This document shows positions 35,747 through 46,121 of a stretch of DNA of 64,000 nucleotides, in pieces; positions within the stretch are counted from its first letter, which is position 1, and each line of letters begins with the position of its first letter. A program made the position numbers and the translations under genes. This stretch comes from an uncultured Eubacteriales bacterium (GTDB taxonomy: Bacteria > Acidobacteriota > Aminicenantia > Aminicenantales > Aminicenantaceae): NCBI GenBank assembly GCA_964406575.1, contig CAYOSH010000001.1:192727-256726 (forward strand), read 5' to 3'. The notes below the pieces were generated by a model. It saw nothing but the letters and a program-made list of their open reading frames with translations, made no database searches and was not told the DNA's origin.

Positions 35747-37681
35747 TTATTTGCTGCTCACGGTATCCAGGAGCTGGCACATCTCGACGAGCTTGATAAA
35801 TTCTGTTCTGTAACCGAATTTATCCGGGCCCTTGCCTTCCTGGGCAAGCTTGAGAACTGCTTCGTATGAGGACTCTCCCTTGAACTCAGAATCCCTAAGG
35901 AGCATGCCGAACTCTGCGACAGCCGCAGAGAATTTGAAGGTTTCAGACGCCTTGGCGATGGCGATATTTTTGTCAGCCAGAGGCATCTCGATCAACTGAC
36001 TTTTCTCTCCGTCGGGTTTTTTGTATCGCAATTTGACGGTCAGGATCTCTTTGCTCTTGTAAGCTTTGGGATCTATTTTGACCATCTGGTATTTGAGGTC
36101 GCCCACTACCGGAACCTCTTCCTCGCTCGCGTAGGGAATGATCTCATAAAGAGCGGTGACCGTGTGGCCCGCCCCCAACTCTCCTGCATCCTTTTTATCG
36201 TCGTCGAAATCTTCCTTTTTGAGCATGCGGTTCTCATAGCCGATAAGCCTGTAGGCTTTTACCTTGGCCGGGTTGAATTCCACCTGGATCTTGACATCCT
36301 TGGCGATCGTGAAAAGCGTGCCACGCATGTCATTGACGAAGACCTTTTTTGCCTCGAGGAGGTTGTCGATGTAGTGGTAGTTGCCGTTGCCTTTGTCTGC
36401 GATCTGTTCCATGCGGCCGTCTTTGTAATTGCCCATGCCGAAGCCCAAAATAGTCAGGAAAATACCTTTTTCCCTCTTTTCCTCGATCATCCGCACAAGC
36501 TCGGACGTGCTGGATACACCGATATTGAAGTCGCCGTCTGTGGCCAGAATGATCCGGTTGTTACCATCCGGAATAAAATTTTCCCAGGCCACCTTGTAGG
36601 CCAGTTGGATGCCCGCTCCGCCTGCGGTCGATCCTCCTGCGCTCAGACGATCGAGGGCAGACAAGATCTTATCTTTCTGGTTGGCAGGAGTTGACGGCAG
36701 CACGAGACCAGCAGCTCCGGCATAAACAACGATCGAAACCCTATCTTTCTCGCCCAGTTCATGGATCAAGAGTTTAAAGGCCTTTTTGAGCAAGGGAAGT
36801 TTTTCGGGAGGCTCCATGGACCCGGAGACATCCAGCAGAAACACCAGATTGCTCGGCGGGAGTTGCTTAGATTCCAGCATTTTGCCCTGAAGCCCGATGT
36901 GGATCAACCGGTGGTCCGGATTCCACGGGCAGTCCGCGATCTCGGTATAGATCGAAAAAGGATGTTTGTTTGTCGGCAGGGGATAGTCGTAGGCGAAGTA
37001 GTTGATCATCTCTTCGATCCGCACCGCATCCTTGTAGGGATACTGGTTGTCGTTGATGAACCGCCGGATATTGGCATAGGATGCTGTATCCACATCGATG
37101 GAGAAAGTGGAGAGAGGATTCTTCAGGGCATCGAGAAAAATGTTCTCATAGATCCTGTCGTATTCCTCGGTGTTGAACGGACTGAAATGGGATCCTGGGG
37201 AGATGGCTTCCGATGGACTCTTCTGGTAAGGCGCCTGACTTTTGGCATCACGCGTAACACCGCCGTAAACGGCGCCGACAACAGGGTTGGCCATCTTCTT
37301 GTCCACCAGCACTTCTTCATTTTCATCGAGCACGGGCACTCCTTCGAGCTTGAAGATTAAGCTGACAGTGTCATGTTTTGCAGAGAGTTCAGCTCGCAGG
37401 ACCATACTCTTTGCCCCGGGCAGTTCGGCCTTCACTTTGTAAGTGCCGAATGCCAGGCTTTGGAAGATGAAATATCCGCTTGGGTCTGATATCGTCTTCG
37501 ATTCATGACCTGTCGAGATGTTCTTGGCTGTCAGAATAGCACAAGCCAAAACGCCACCTTGGGTATCATAGACATAACCTTTGATAACCCCAAAATCCTT
37601 GACCAGGGATGCGTTCATGAAGAGTACGAGTCCGACGAAAATGCTCAACATCCCCATTCCAAACCAAATTTTTTTTGACAT
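35747..37681 (-). CDS. VWA-domain protein (YfbK-like) with an N-terminal CarboxypepD_reg-like domain
   Basis: GGAGG RBS before the ATG at 37681, and a signal/anchor segment. 'VFLLDVSGSM' is the MIDAS motif, with 'ILATDGDFN' downstream. The C-terminal ~200 aa tail is typical of YfbK-like proteins. Confidence 0.85.
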   Translation of the reverse strand: MSKKIWFGMGMLSIFVGLVLFMNASLVKDFGVIKGYVYDTQGGVLACAILTAKNISTGHESKTISDPSGYFIFQSLAFGTYKVKAELPGAKSMVLRAELSAKHDTVSLIFKLEGVPVLDENEEVLVDKKMANPVVGAVYGGVTRDAKSQAPYQKSPSEAISPGSHFSPFNTEEYDRIYENIFLDALKNPLSTFSIDVDTASYANIRRFINDNQYPYKDAVRIEEMINYFAYDYPLPTNKHPFSIYTEIADCPWNPDHRLIHIGLQGKMLESKQLPPSNLVFLLDVSGSMEPPEKLPLLKKAFKLLIHELGEKDRVSIVVYAGAAGLVLPSTPANQKDKILSALDRLSAGGSTAGGAGIQLAYKVAWENFIPDGNNRIILATDGDFNIGVSSTSELVRMIEEKREKGIFLTILGFGMGNYKDGRMEQIADKGNGNYHYIDNLLEAKKVFVNDMRGTLFTIAKDVKIQVEFNPAKVKAYRLIGYENRMLKKEDFDDDKKDAGELGAGHTVTALYEIIPYASEEEVPVVGDLKYQMVKIDPKAYKSKEILTVKLRYKKPDGEKSQLIEMPLADKNIAIAKASETFKFSAAVAEFGMLLRDSEFKGESSYEAVLKLAQEGKGPDKFGYRTEFIKLVEMCQLLDTVSSK

Positions 37682-37978
37682 TTCTACCTCCTTGTTGGAA
37701 TTGATTTTAATTCTCATCATTTTCCCTCTCCCTCACACTTTTATACACTTTGTACGGAGAAATATTCCCGACGGTCATCTCGATTTCCTCTGGCGTCCGA
37801 ACATTTTGCCAAATGGAGTTTTTCCCTAGACATGCTGGAAGCGGTGGTTGAGGAAATAACAAAGGCCACAGTGAGTGCCCCGGTCGAAAACCACTTGAAA
37901 AGATTTTCGTATGCGTATTTAATATCGCTGATTTGTTCATTGTATTTCGTTTGACAGTTTTTTGAGCGGAAAGTTCCG

Positions 37979-38887
37979 ATGGATGTTCATAAAAGAGAGA
38001 GAACCGTTGGCACTTGGTATGCCCTTGCTGCCTATATTACCTGGGGTGTTCTTCCTCTTTACTGGAAGGCTCTCGATCATGTGCCTGCAAGAGAGATCCT
38101 CGCCCATAGGATTTTCTGGTCGTTCGTTTTCCTCGCTCTCTTTATCACGCTTAAAAAACGCTGGCCGGAGCTCAAACGATCCTACGCACACAAACGCAAC
38201 AGAACGTCTAGCATCCTCAGCGCTCTGATCATTGGTGCTGTATGGTTCATCTATATTTGGGCGATCAATGCCGACCATGTTGTCGAAGCCAGCATGGGGT
38301 ATTACATCAATCCCCTGATCAGTGTTCTGCTGGGAATGATATTTCTAAAGGAGCGGCTCACGTTCTGGCAAAAAGTCGCCTTTTCTCTCGCGATTTTGGG
38401 AGTGGCTTATATGACTTTCCAGTACGGACGTTTTCCCTGGATCGCGATATCTCTGGCGGTGCTCTTCGGCTTATACGGGCTGTTGCGAAAGATCTCCCAT
38501 GTGGGGTCCCTCACAGGATTGACGGCAGAAACGGCGGTCCTTTCACCTCTCGCCATTTCTTATTGGATCATTCTCGCTGCTCAAGGGCAAAGCGCTACCG
38601 TTGGGGCCTCTATGAATACGCACCTTCTGCTCCTGGGGTCCGGGATTGTAACCGCTGTTCCCTTGGTGTGGTTTGCTCGGGGGGCGCGGCGAATACCGCT
38701 TTCGATGGTAGGTTTCTTCCAGTACCTCGCTCCGACCATCTCGCTTATCTTGGGGATATTTGTTTTTAAGGAACCGTTCACGACAACACATCTGATCAGT
38801 TTCGGTTTGATCTGGACCGCTCTCCTTATCTTCACTTCGTCGCGAACGCGTTTCCTGCAGCGGCTTCAGCCAAGAGCATTTCCTTAA
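37979..38887 (+). CDS. rarD: EamA-family transporter RarD
   Basis: Ten predicted TM segments. The N-terminal 'GTWYALAAYITWGVLPLYWKAL' is typical of RarD. Confidence 0.8.
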   Translation: MDVHKRERTVGTWYALAAYITWGVLPLYWKALDHVPAREILAHRIFWSFVFLALFITLKKRWPELKRSYAHKRNRTSSILSALIIGAVWFIYIWAINADHVVEASMGYYINPLISVLLGMIFLKERLTFWQKVAFSLAILGVAYMTFQYGRFPWIAISLAVLFGLYGLLRKISHVGSLTGLTAETAVLSPLAISYWIILAAQGQSATVGASMNTHLLLLGSGIVTAVPLVWFARGARRIPLSMVGFFQYLAPTISLILGIFVFKEPFTTTHLISFGLIWTALLIFTSSRTRFLQRLQPRAFP

Positions 38888-39187
38888 GCGCGTTGAGATC
38901 ATATCATTTGAGAAAGAACTGCGCTCTCATTGGGCCGTTTTTGCAATCAGAAAATGGGGCACTCGATCGGTGAATATAATTGTTTTGGGGATGTCCACTC
39001 ATTGAGGGAACATTACAGATGCTCAATGGAAAACCCTTGTACATCATGAGTGGTATCCAGTATGATTGATATTGCTTGAGCTGAAATTAGCATCGACATT
39101 TTTTATGAATTATTCAGGCTAATCAGGAAGCTAAATATTAAGTGCGTATATCTGTGGACAATTATTTGAGGAAGGAGTGATAGACCT

Positions 39188-39772
39188 ATGAAAAAGACAG
39201 AAATTTTAAAAGATGGCACAGAGGTCATTATTAGAAAATTAATATTGGATGATTTGAACCGCCTGATGGATTTTTACGCCGAACTTCCTGAAAGCGATAA
39301 AAAATATTTCAGAGTGGATGTTACAAAGAGAGACGTAGTTGAGAAAAGGATCAAACAGACAGAATCGGGGAATTTTTTCCGTCTAGTGGCTCTTCACAAC
39401 GATGAGATCATTGCGGACGGAAATTTTGAACTGTCTACCGAAGAGTGGCGTAAAGGCCAAGGTGAACTCAGAGTCATCGTCGCCGAAAAATTCCAACACA
39501 AAGGATTGGGCACGATCATGTTGAGAGAATTGTACTATCTTGCCGCCCAGGAAAAGGTTGAGAAGATCGTGGTCAGGATCATGAGGCCTCAGAAGGCAGC
39601 CAGAGCCATCTGTCACAAACTGGGGCTGTATGAAGAGCACATCATTCCGGATTATGTGCGCGACACTACGGGCCAATTACAGGACATGATCATCATGACG
39701 GGCGACATGAAAGAATTCTGGAACGAGCTGGAGCACTTTTATGAAGACTCAGATTGGAGGCGTCACCGCTAG
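39188..39772 (+). CDS. GNAT-family N-acetyltransferase
   Basis: AAGGAG RBS. 'FQHKGLGTIMLRELYYLA' is the acetyl-CoA-binding Q/RxxGxG/A motif. Confidence 0.8.
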   Translation: MKKTEILKDGTEVIIRKLILDDLNRLMDFYAELPESDKKYFRVDVTKRDVVEKRIKQTESGNFFRLVALHNDEIIADGNFELSTEEWRKGQGELRVIVAEKFQHKGLGTIMLRELYYLAAQEKVEKIVVRIMRPQKAARAICHKLGLYEEHIIPDYVRDTTGQLQDMIIMTGDMKEFWNELEHFYEDSDWRRHR

Positions 39773-39794
39773 ATAAACAAAAGGGTTATGATAT

Positions 39795-42179
39795 TTATCT
39801 TCGGATACGGCTGCGATTCCTCTCCTCCTTTTTATTGATGAGTTCGGCATCCATCGCCCACATGCCACGGCCGTGCGTGGCGATCACGATGATGTTGTCT
39901 CTGGGATGGATGATCAGGTCGTGAACGAAGGTTGAGGGCAGGTTCCCGCCCAGAACATCCCATGTTGCTCCGGCATCTTTCGATACATAAACACCTATGT
40001 CGGTCCCGACATAAAGGATATTTTTATCTGAGGGATCCTCTCTGATGACGTTCACCGGCCCTAAAGGAATGCCCTTCGAGATGTCCTGCCAGGTTTTTCC
40101 ATAATCGGTAGATTTCCAGATATAGGGTGCAAAGTCGTCATCGCGTTTTCCATTTTGTGTTAGGTAGACCGTTCCGAGGCCAAAGGCAGAGGCGACGATT
40201 CTGGAGGCCCATTTTCTATAGGGCAGGCCGTCCATGATCTCCTGCCAATTCTGGCCGCCGTCTTTGGTGACATGGACCTTACCGTCGTCTGTTCCCGCGT
40301 AGATCAGGCCGAACTTGAGCGGAGACTCGGAAATAGAAAAAAGTGTCTGATAGGGAATATCCCCCATTTCCGATTTAATGTTGTAGGAGAGGTCTGGACT
40401 GATCCTCTCCCATGTGTCTCCCCGGTCTCGGGAGCGGAAAAGATACTGCATGCCGTGGTAGATGATGTTGGGATTGTGGGGCGAGATGATAAACGGGGCT
40501 ACCCACTGTCCCCGGAGACGAGGTTCGTTCTCGTACATCCTGGGCAGGATTTGAATGGTGCCCTCTTCACCAGAGACACTCAGGTCCGTTCTCGCGATGT
40601 GGCCGTAGAATCCAGCTGAATAGACGATGTTCGAGTTGGTGGGGTCGATGGCGTGACTCGAACCTTCTCCTCCCGGCGCCCTTTCAAAGTCTACGGCCGG
40701 AATCTGGTCTCTGCCCCGACTGAGATCCACCACCCCTTTGTAGCTTCCGTGGTCCTGCATGGATCCATACACATGAAATGGATCATCCATGTCATAGTTG
40801 ATGTTGAAAAACTGGCAGACGGGAAGGTTTTGGGTGAATTGCCGCCATGTTTCCCCTCGATCATAAGAGATGACGATGCCCCCGTCGTTCACGTTGACGA
40901 TGTAGTCGGAATTTTCAGGGTCGATCCACAGGCCGTGATGGTCGCCGTGCATCCCGCGCAAGCGGCGAAATGTTTTCCCGCCGTCGTTGGACACATTCAA
41001 GGCGAGGCCCATCGTGTAGATGGTGTTCTCGTCGTTGGGATCCACGCGCATCTGGCCGAACACCCAGCCATAAGTGGCCGAGTGGCGCTCCATGTATGTC
41101 TTCGTCTTCTCATCCAGGCCGCTCATCAGCCTCCAGTTCTCCCCCTTATCATCCGAGCGGAACACGCTTGCACCTTTGATATAGCCGCTGGAAGGCCGTC
41201 CATAAGAGTCGATTTCGCCCGGATCCGCTGCCCGGGCGAGCTCATAGTTATCGATAAATGCGTAGATCACATTCGGGTTGGACCGTGCCACGTCGATCCC
41301 GATCCTTCCCCTGTATTTGGGCTCAGGAAGGCCGTTATTGATGGGTGTCCAGGTCTGGCCGGCGTCTGTGGTCTTGTAAATGCCGCTCTCTGCGTAACCT
41401 TCAAAATTCCTGGGGTCGTTCCATTTCAGCCGGATCCTTTGCCAGGTGGCCGCATAAAGGGTCTCTGGGTCAGTGGGGTCCATAACCAGGTCGATGGCCC
41501 CTGTTCTCTCGTTGATATAAAGAACCTTGCTCCATGTTTCGCCGCCGTCTACAGTTTTGTAGACACCGCGCTCTGCGTTATCGGTCCATTCGTGTCCGGA
41601 AGCGGCCACGTAGACGATATCGGGATTCTCCGGATGGATGACGATCCGGGGGATGGTGTGGGTGCCTGTCAATCCCATGTGCTGCCAGGTCTTTCCAGCG
41701 TCAATGGATTTGTACACGCCGTTCCCCGCCATAGAGCTTCTGAAAATATTGGCTTCACCGGTCCCCACCCAAACGATCTGGTTGTCCGATGGAGCAATGG
41801 TTACGTCCCCTATGGATGTAGAGGCCTCTTGGTCGAAGATCGGCTCCCAGGTGGTCCCCTCGTTCCCTGTTTTCCACACACCTCCGGACGCGGTCGCAAC
41901 ATATATCGTGTAATGCTTCCCCTTGGGAGTGACCACTGCGATATCCGTGCAACGGCCGCTCACATTCGTAGGCCCCAGATGCTGCCATTTCATCTCCTTG
42001 AATGGCGAATCTGCTTTCATCTTCACGTGCTGGTCGAACCACTGTAAGCGGAGAGCCGGATCTGTGGAGTGAATGAGCTTCTGCTCTTTCTTCTGGAATG
42101 AAAAAGTGAGTAATGCCAAAATGAAGACACTGATGAACACGAGTGCCACCTGCATGGAATAATGCCTTCTGAATGTCAT
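39795..42179 (-). CDS. BNR/Asp-box repeat (sortilin/VPS10-like) beta-propeller protein, secreted
   Basis: Many S/T-x-D-x-G-x-T-W boxes are present ('GNEGTTWEP', 'IDAGKTWQH', 'VDGGETWSK', 'TDAGQTWTP', 'DDKGENWRL', 'NDGGKTFRR', 'YDRGETWRQ', 'RDRGDTWER', 'KDGGQNWQE', 'TDYGKTWQD', 'KDAGATWDV'). Confidence 0.85.
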   Translation of the reverse strand: MTFRRHYSMQVALVFISVFILALLTFSFQKKEQKLIHSTDPALRLQWFDQHVKMKADSPFKEMKWQHLGPTNVSGRCTDIAVVTPKGKHYTIYVATASGGVWKTGNEGTTWEPIFDQEASTSIGDVTIAPSDNQIVWVGTGEANIFRSSMAGNGVYKSIDAGKTWQHMGLTGTHTIPRIVIHPENPDIVYVAASGHEWTDNAERGVYKTVDGGETWSKVLYINERTGAIDLVMDPTDPETLYAATWQRIRLKWNDPRNFEGYAESGIYKTTDAGQTWTPINNGLPEPKYRGRIGIDVARSNPNVIYAFIDNYELARAADPGEIDSYGRPSSGYIKGASVFRSDDKGENWRLMSGLDEKTKTYMERHSATYGWVFGQMRVDPNDENTIYTMGLALNVSNDGGKTFRRLRGMHGDHHGLWIDPENSDYIVNVNDGGIVISYDRGETWRQFTQNLPVCQFFNINYDMDDPFHVYGSMQDHGSYKGVVDLSRGRDQIPAVDFERAPGGEGSSHAIDPTNSNIVYSAGFYGHIARTDLSVSGEEGTIQILPRMYENEPRLRGQWVAPFIISPHNPNIIYHGMQYLFRSRDRGDTWERISPDLSYNIKSEMGDIPYQTLFSISESPLKFGLIYAGTDDGKVHVTKDGGQNWQEIMDGLPYRKWASRIVASAFGLGTVYLTQNGKRDDDFAPYIWKSTDYGKTWQDISKGIPLGPVNVIREDPSDKNILYVGTDIGVYVSKDAGATWDVLGGNLPSTFVHDLIIHPRDNIIVIATHGRGMWAMDAELINKKEERNRSRIRR

Positions 42180-42290
42180 TTGTCCTCCTTTTTGGGTATC
42201 TTTCTTAAAGATATCTTTTATATCACAAATTCCACTAAGAGCACATGTTTTTTATGATGTGATGGAGGAACCATTTTCCCTTAGGGACTT

Positions 42291-43340
42291 TTAATGAACA
42301 AAAATTTCTTTTGGGAGCATCCCATGGACGCCGAGTTTGCCATCGACGAGCTGAGTGATGTTAAAGTCCACGGCTGAGCTGCACAGCATATACGCTTGCT
42401 CACGGCTGAGTCCTTTTTCCGTCATCAAAAGATCGATCATCTCTCTGACGGCGATCTTTGCAGCTTCGTTCAAATCTTCGTCTGTGCCCATCGATATAAA
42501 GTGAGTCGGGGTTTCCGCGCGTGGCCACTCCAGGTGTTTGTCTTTATGGACAAAGAACAGCAATCTCCCTTTAAGGGACGTTTCCAGCGCAGTGATGTCC
42601 ACTTCTCCATTGCCTTGGGCGGCATGGCCGTCTCCCACTTGGAAGAGCGCTCCTTTCACATGAACTGGCAGAAATAAAATAGTGCCTTCGACCAGCTCTT
42701 TGTTGTCCAGGTTCCCCCCATGGATCCAGGGCGGGGCGCTGTTGATTCGTCCGGCATCTTCGGGTGGGGCCACTCCCATGCTTCCGAAAAACGGACGCAG
42801 GGGAATCTCGATCCCATCAGCAAAATGAGCCACCATATTTTCCGTATCCAGGGGGACGATTTTTGTCACGGCAGAGTCGAACTCTCCGGACAGGAATCCC
42901 CTCTCCGGACTCAATGTATTAAAGGCATATGGAATGGCCAGTTCTATAGAGAGAATACGCACTTCCAGGACATCGCCGGGTTCGGCCTCTTCAATATAGA
43001 TCGGCCCGGTCAGGATATGACCACCAGGGCCTTTGTCCTTCACTTCTCGATAAATATCCCGGAGCTCTGGTTCGATTTTTTCTGGGGGAAGTCCTGCTTT
43101 TTCTAGTCTTTCTGGGTCGCCGACATGGAGTGTTCGTACATCCACCCGGTCGCCCGAATGTATGTGCAATACAGGCGGAGTCTTTGCCCAATAGTGTCCC
43201 CAGGCCACTGTCGAAGGAGATGGATGCAGCACATGAAGAGTGGAGTTATTCTGAATCCCTTTACCCTCTTCTTTATTACCATAAGAGTATTGGAAAAGAA
43301 CTATTGCGCAAAACAGGATAATAATTTTCGTTCTCACCAT
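42291..43340 (-). CDS. Acetamidase/formamidase-family protein, secreted
   Basis: 'GPIYIEEAEPGDVLEVRILSI' and 'HGGNLDNKEL' are blocks typical of the FmdA/AmdA family. An N-terminal hydrophobic leader is present. Confidence 0.8.
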   Translation of the reverse strand: MVRTKIIILFCAIVLFQYSYGNKEEGKGIQNNSTLHVLHPSPSTVAWGHYWAKTPPVLHIHSGDRVDVRTLHVGDPERLEKAGLPPEKIEPELRDIYREVKDKGPGGHILTGPIYIEEAEPGDVLEVRILSIELAIPYAFNTLSPERGFLSGEFDSAVTKIVPLDTENMVAHFADGIEIPLRPFFGSMGVAPPEDAGRINSAPPWIHGGNLDNKELVEGTILFLPVHVKGALFQVGDGHAAQGNGEVDITALETSLKGRLLFFVHKDKHLEWPRAETPTHFISMGTDEDLNEAAKIAVREMIDLLMTEKGLSREQAYMLCSSAVDFNITQLVDGKLGVHGMLPKEIFVH

Positions 43341-43444
43341 GCACCTCTTTTGACGTCAAATTTTGAGTATATATTGGGGAAAAATATAACACTTCATTCT
43401 ACAATTTATGCGACTGATTATTCAACTCAACTGAATAATCCTTT

Positions 43445-43464
43445 GAAAAAGGAGAGCTGTCTCC
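43445..43464 (-). terminator. Intrinsic terminator after the permease
   Basis: The minus strand reads GGAGA-CAGC-TCTCC followed by TTTTTC. Confidence 0.5.
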
Positions 43465-43500
43465 GACCGCTGGCCTTCGATTTTAAAGATCTAATCTAGG

Positions 43501-46098
43501 TCACTCGTATCTCAACGAATTTGCAGGATTGGACCGTGCGGCTCTGAAGGCCTGGTAGCTCACCGTGAGCAGGGCAATCGTCAGGGCGATCAACCCGGAA
43601 AAGATGAATATATCGATTCCGATCGTCGTACGGTAAACATACGTTTGGAGCAATTTTTTCATCACAAAGTAGGCGATGGGCCAGGCGATGAGGTTCGATA
43701 CCAGCACCCATTTGGTGAATTCCATGGTGAGAAGCGCGATGATCTTGGATGCAGATGCGCCCAAAACTTTGCGTATTCCGATTTCTTTGGTCCTCTGCTC
43801 GGCCGTGAATGAAGCCAATCCGAACAATCCTAGGCACGAAATGAAAATCGCCAGTGCCGCGAAGGAGTTGAACACTGTTCCAATCCTTTTTTCCGACCGG
43901 TAGAGACGATCGTATGTCTGGTCCAGAAAATGATACTCAAATGGAGAAACGGGATTGATGTCTTTCCATACAGACTCGATGTGGGACAATGCCTCCTCGG
44001 TTTTTGCGCCAAGGATCCTGATCAGCATAAGCCCCGCATCTTCTGCGTGGGACATATCGTCGATATAAAAGACTCGAGGCTCGATGGCGTGGTGGAAGGA
44101 ACGGAAGTGCGCATCCTTTGCGACTCCTATGATGGTGCCTTCATTCTTCTGTATGGCAAAACGTTTCCCTACAGGAGAATCCAGGCCGATTTCTTTGATC
44201 GCGCTTTCGTTGAGGATGTATCCTCTGCTTTCATCGGAGGGATTCTCTCTGGAGAAGGACCTGCCTTCTTTGATCGCGAGGTTGAGGGTCTCGAAGAAGT
44301 CATAATCCACCCCGGCGAATACGAGATCGACGCGCCGCTCCGGGTCTTTTCCATCCCAGTCAAAAACACCAGAGCTTCGCCAGGTGGTTTCCGCAAAGGG
44401 GTATCTCTGGGCCGATACGGAAAGGATGTTCGGATTTTTCAACAGCTCGTTTTTAACGGTTTCGTATTTTTTTCCAATATTCTCCTTAATGGGGATATGG
44501 ACAATATTTTCTTTGTCAAAACCGAGTTTGGCCTTTTGGATGAAATGGAGCTGTTTGGAAACGACCGTCGTGCCGAAAATGAGCATGATCGCCAGCGAAA
44601 ATTGAACAACGACAAGAACCTTCCGGAAAGAGGTGCCTTTGGTCTTTGACTCTTTAAGACCTTTCATGACTGCCACTGGCTGAAAGGCCGAGAGAAAGAC
44701 TGCGGGATAGCTGCCAGCGATCATGCCGGTTAAAAGAACGACAGCCAGGAGAATAAAAAGATGTGAAGCATCTGTGCCGTTGAGAACCATTTGTTTTCCG
44801 GACAGCCGGTTAAAGGCAGGAAGAAAAAGAGACACGAGAACCAGTGCAATAAGGAACGAGATAGAAGTCAATAAGAGGGATTCTCCGAAAAATTGTTTGA
44901 CGATCTGGGACCGGCGCGCCCCCACGGTCTTGCGCATGCCCACCTCTTTGGCCCGGAGGGCAGAGCGGGCTGTGGAGAGGTTCATGAAGTTGACACAGGC
45001 GATCAAGAGGATGAAGAAAGCCACGACCGTAAACAGAAGAACATATTTGGCATCTCCCAGTGTGACAGTAGAAGACTGATAAGACCTCGCGTCCAAATAG
45101 ATTTCGGATAAAGGCTGCAACCGGAACTGGAGCCCTTCTTTGACTTGAGGGCTTTCGTTCTTCAGAGCGACGGCGATCATTTTTTGGGCAACCTCTTGGC
45201 AATTGGCCCTGTCGTCGACAGAAACATAGGTAACGAAGTTGTAAGCCCCCCATGTTGTACCATAATTAGTGAATTCTTTGATGAACTCGAATGAACTCAC
45301 ATAGTCAAACTGGAGATGGGAATTATGAGGGATGTCCCTCAATACGCCTGTGACTGTGGCAAGCTGCCCCTCCACCTGGATGGTCTTGCCGATCGGGTCC
45401 TCATTCCCAAAATATTTATGGGCCATTGACTCTGTGATCACAAGGTTAGTAGGTTCCTTAAACGCTGTTTTCGGATCCCCTGCCGCAAAAGGAAATGTAA
45501 AGATATCAAAAAGGGAAGGGTCTGTAATCAGGCCTCTGCTCTCATAGAACGCCTTATCTTTGTAACGGAAGACTAGCCTTGAATGAGGAGCGCATCTGGC
45601 TGCCTGTTGGATTTCGGGAATCTGTTCTTCAATGGCTGGTGCCAAAGGAGCGGGTGTCGCTTCAATGCCCTTCCAGCTATTTTTTTCCCAGTCCGCCACG
45701 ACCCTGTAGATGTTTTCCCGGTTCGTGTGAAATGTGTCGAAGCTCAACTCATCCTGAACCCAGAGCAGGATCATAATACAGCAGGCCATGCCAATGGCCA
45801 GTCCGGTGATGTTGATGAATGAAAAAACACCGTGTTTTTGAAAGTTCCGCCAGGCGATTTTTAAATAGTTTTTGATCATTTCTAAACTCCAATAGAGAGA
45901 TGTTTTTACAAAAGGAGGAATGGATGCCAGGACTTGGGTCCAGTACCATAAATTGGCATGTGTCGGGTTGTTTTTTTGGGCTCGGATCCGGTATCCTTCT
46001 TCCAAGTCGCCGAGAAGGGAGACATCCTCAGTGGTTGTAGCCGTATGTGTGAGGATCCATGTAGCAATTTTTGGAGGTTTTAGGGGATTCTGTTTCAT
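43501..46098 (-). CDS. MacB/FtsX-type permease (ADOP-like), paralogue 2
   Basis: It has the same architecture and motifs as the other paralogues ('FTAEQRTKEIGIRKVLGAS', prefix 'PPKIATWIL...GDLEEGY'). I preferred the ATG at 46098 by alignment with the paralogues; a TTG at 46113 is also possible. Confidence 0.85.
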   Translation of the reverse strand: MKQNPLKPPKIATWILTHTATTTEDVSLLGDLEEGYRIRAQKNNPTHANLWYWTQVLASIPPFVKTSLYWSLEMIKNYLKIAWRNFQKHGVFSFINITGLAIGMACCIMILLWVQDELSFDTFHTNRENIYRVVADWEKNSWKGIEATPAPLAPAIEEQIPEIQQAARCAPHSRLVFRYKDKAFYESRGLITDPSLFDIFTFPFAAGDPKTAFKEPTNLVITESMAHKYFGNEDPIGKTIQVEGQLATVTGVLRDIPHNSHLQFDYVSSFEFIKEFTNYGTTWGAYNFVTYVSVDDRANCQEVAQKMIAVALKNESPQVKEGLQFRLQPLSEIYLDARSYQSSTVTLGDAKYVLLFTVVAFFILLIACVNFMNLSTARSALRAKEVGMRKTVGARRSQIVKQFFGESLLLTSISFLIALVLVSLFLPAFNRLSGKQMVLNGTDASHLFILLAVVLLTGMIAGSYPAVFLSAFQPVAVMKGLKESKTKGTSFRKVLVVVQFSLAIMLIFGTTVVSKQLHFIQKAKLGFDKENIVHIPIKENIGKKYETVKNELLKNPNILSVSAQRYPFAETTWRSSGVFDWDGKDPERRVDLVFAGVDYDFFETLNLAIKEGRSFSRENPSDESRGYILNESAIKEIGLDSPVGKRFAIQKNEGTIIGVAKDAHFRSFHHAIEPRVFYIDDMSHAEDAGLMLIRILGAKTEEALSHIESVWKDINPVSPFEYHFLDQTYDRLYRSEKRIGTVFNSFAALAIFISCLGLFGLASFTAEQRTKEIGIRKVLGASASKIIALLTMEFTKWVLVSNLIAWPIAYFVMKKLLQTYVYRTTIGIDIFIFSGLIALTIALLTVSYQAFRAARSNPANSLRYE

Positions 46099-46121
46099 TT
46101 CGTTAATATCCAATCCTCAGC

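Noticed and set aside
35521-35869. ORFs of 91 and 107 aa (plus strand) and 73 aa (minus strand) between the FadL-like and VWA genes.
   Set aside because: They overlap the VWA terminator hairpin and the 3' end of the VWA gene. They have no RBS and no motifs. The region is better explained as terminator plus promoter/leader of the FadL-like gene.
40653-42047. A 464-aa ORF on the plus strand, the longest unannotated ORF in the track.
   Set aside because: It lies entirely antisense to the BNR/Asp-box gene, whose 11 Asp-box repeats validate the minus-strand frame. Its translation is low-complexity (V/H/P/G/D-rich), has no RBS and no recognisable motif. It is a typical shadow ORF.
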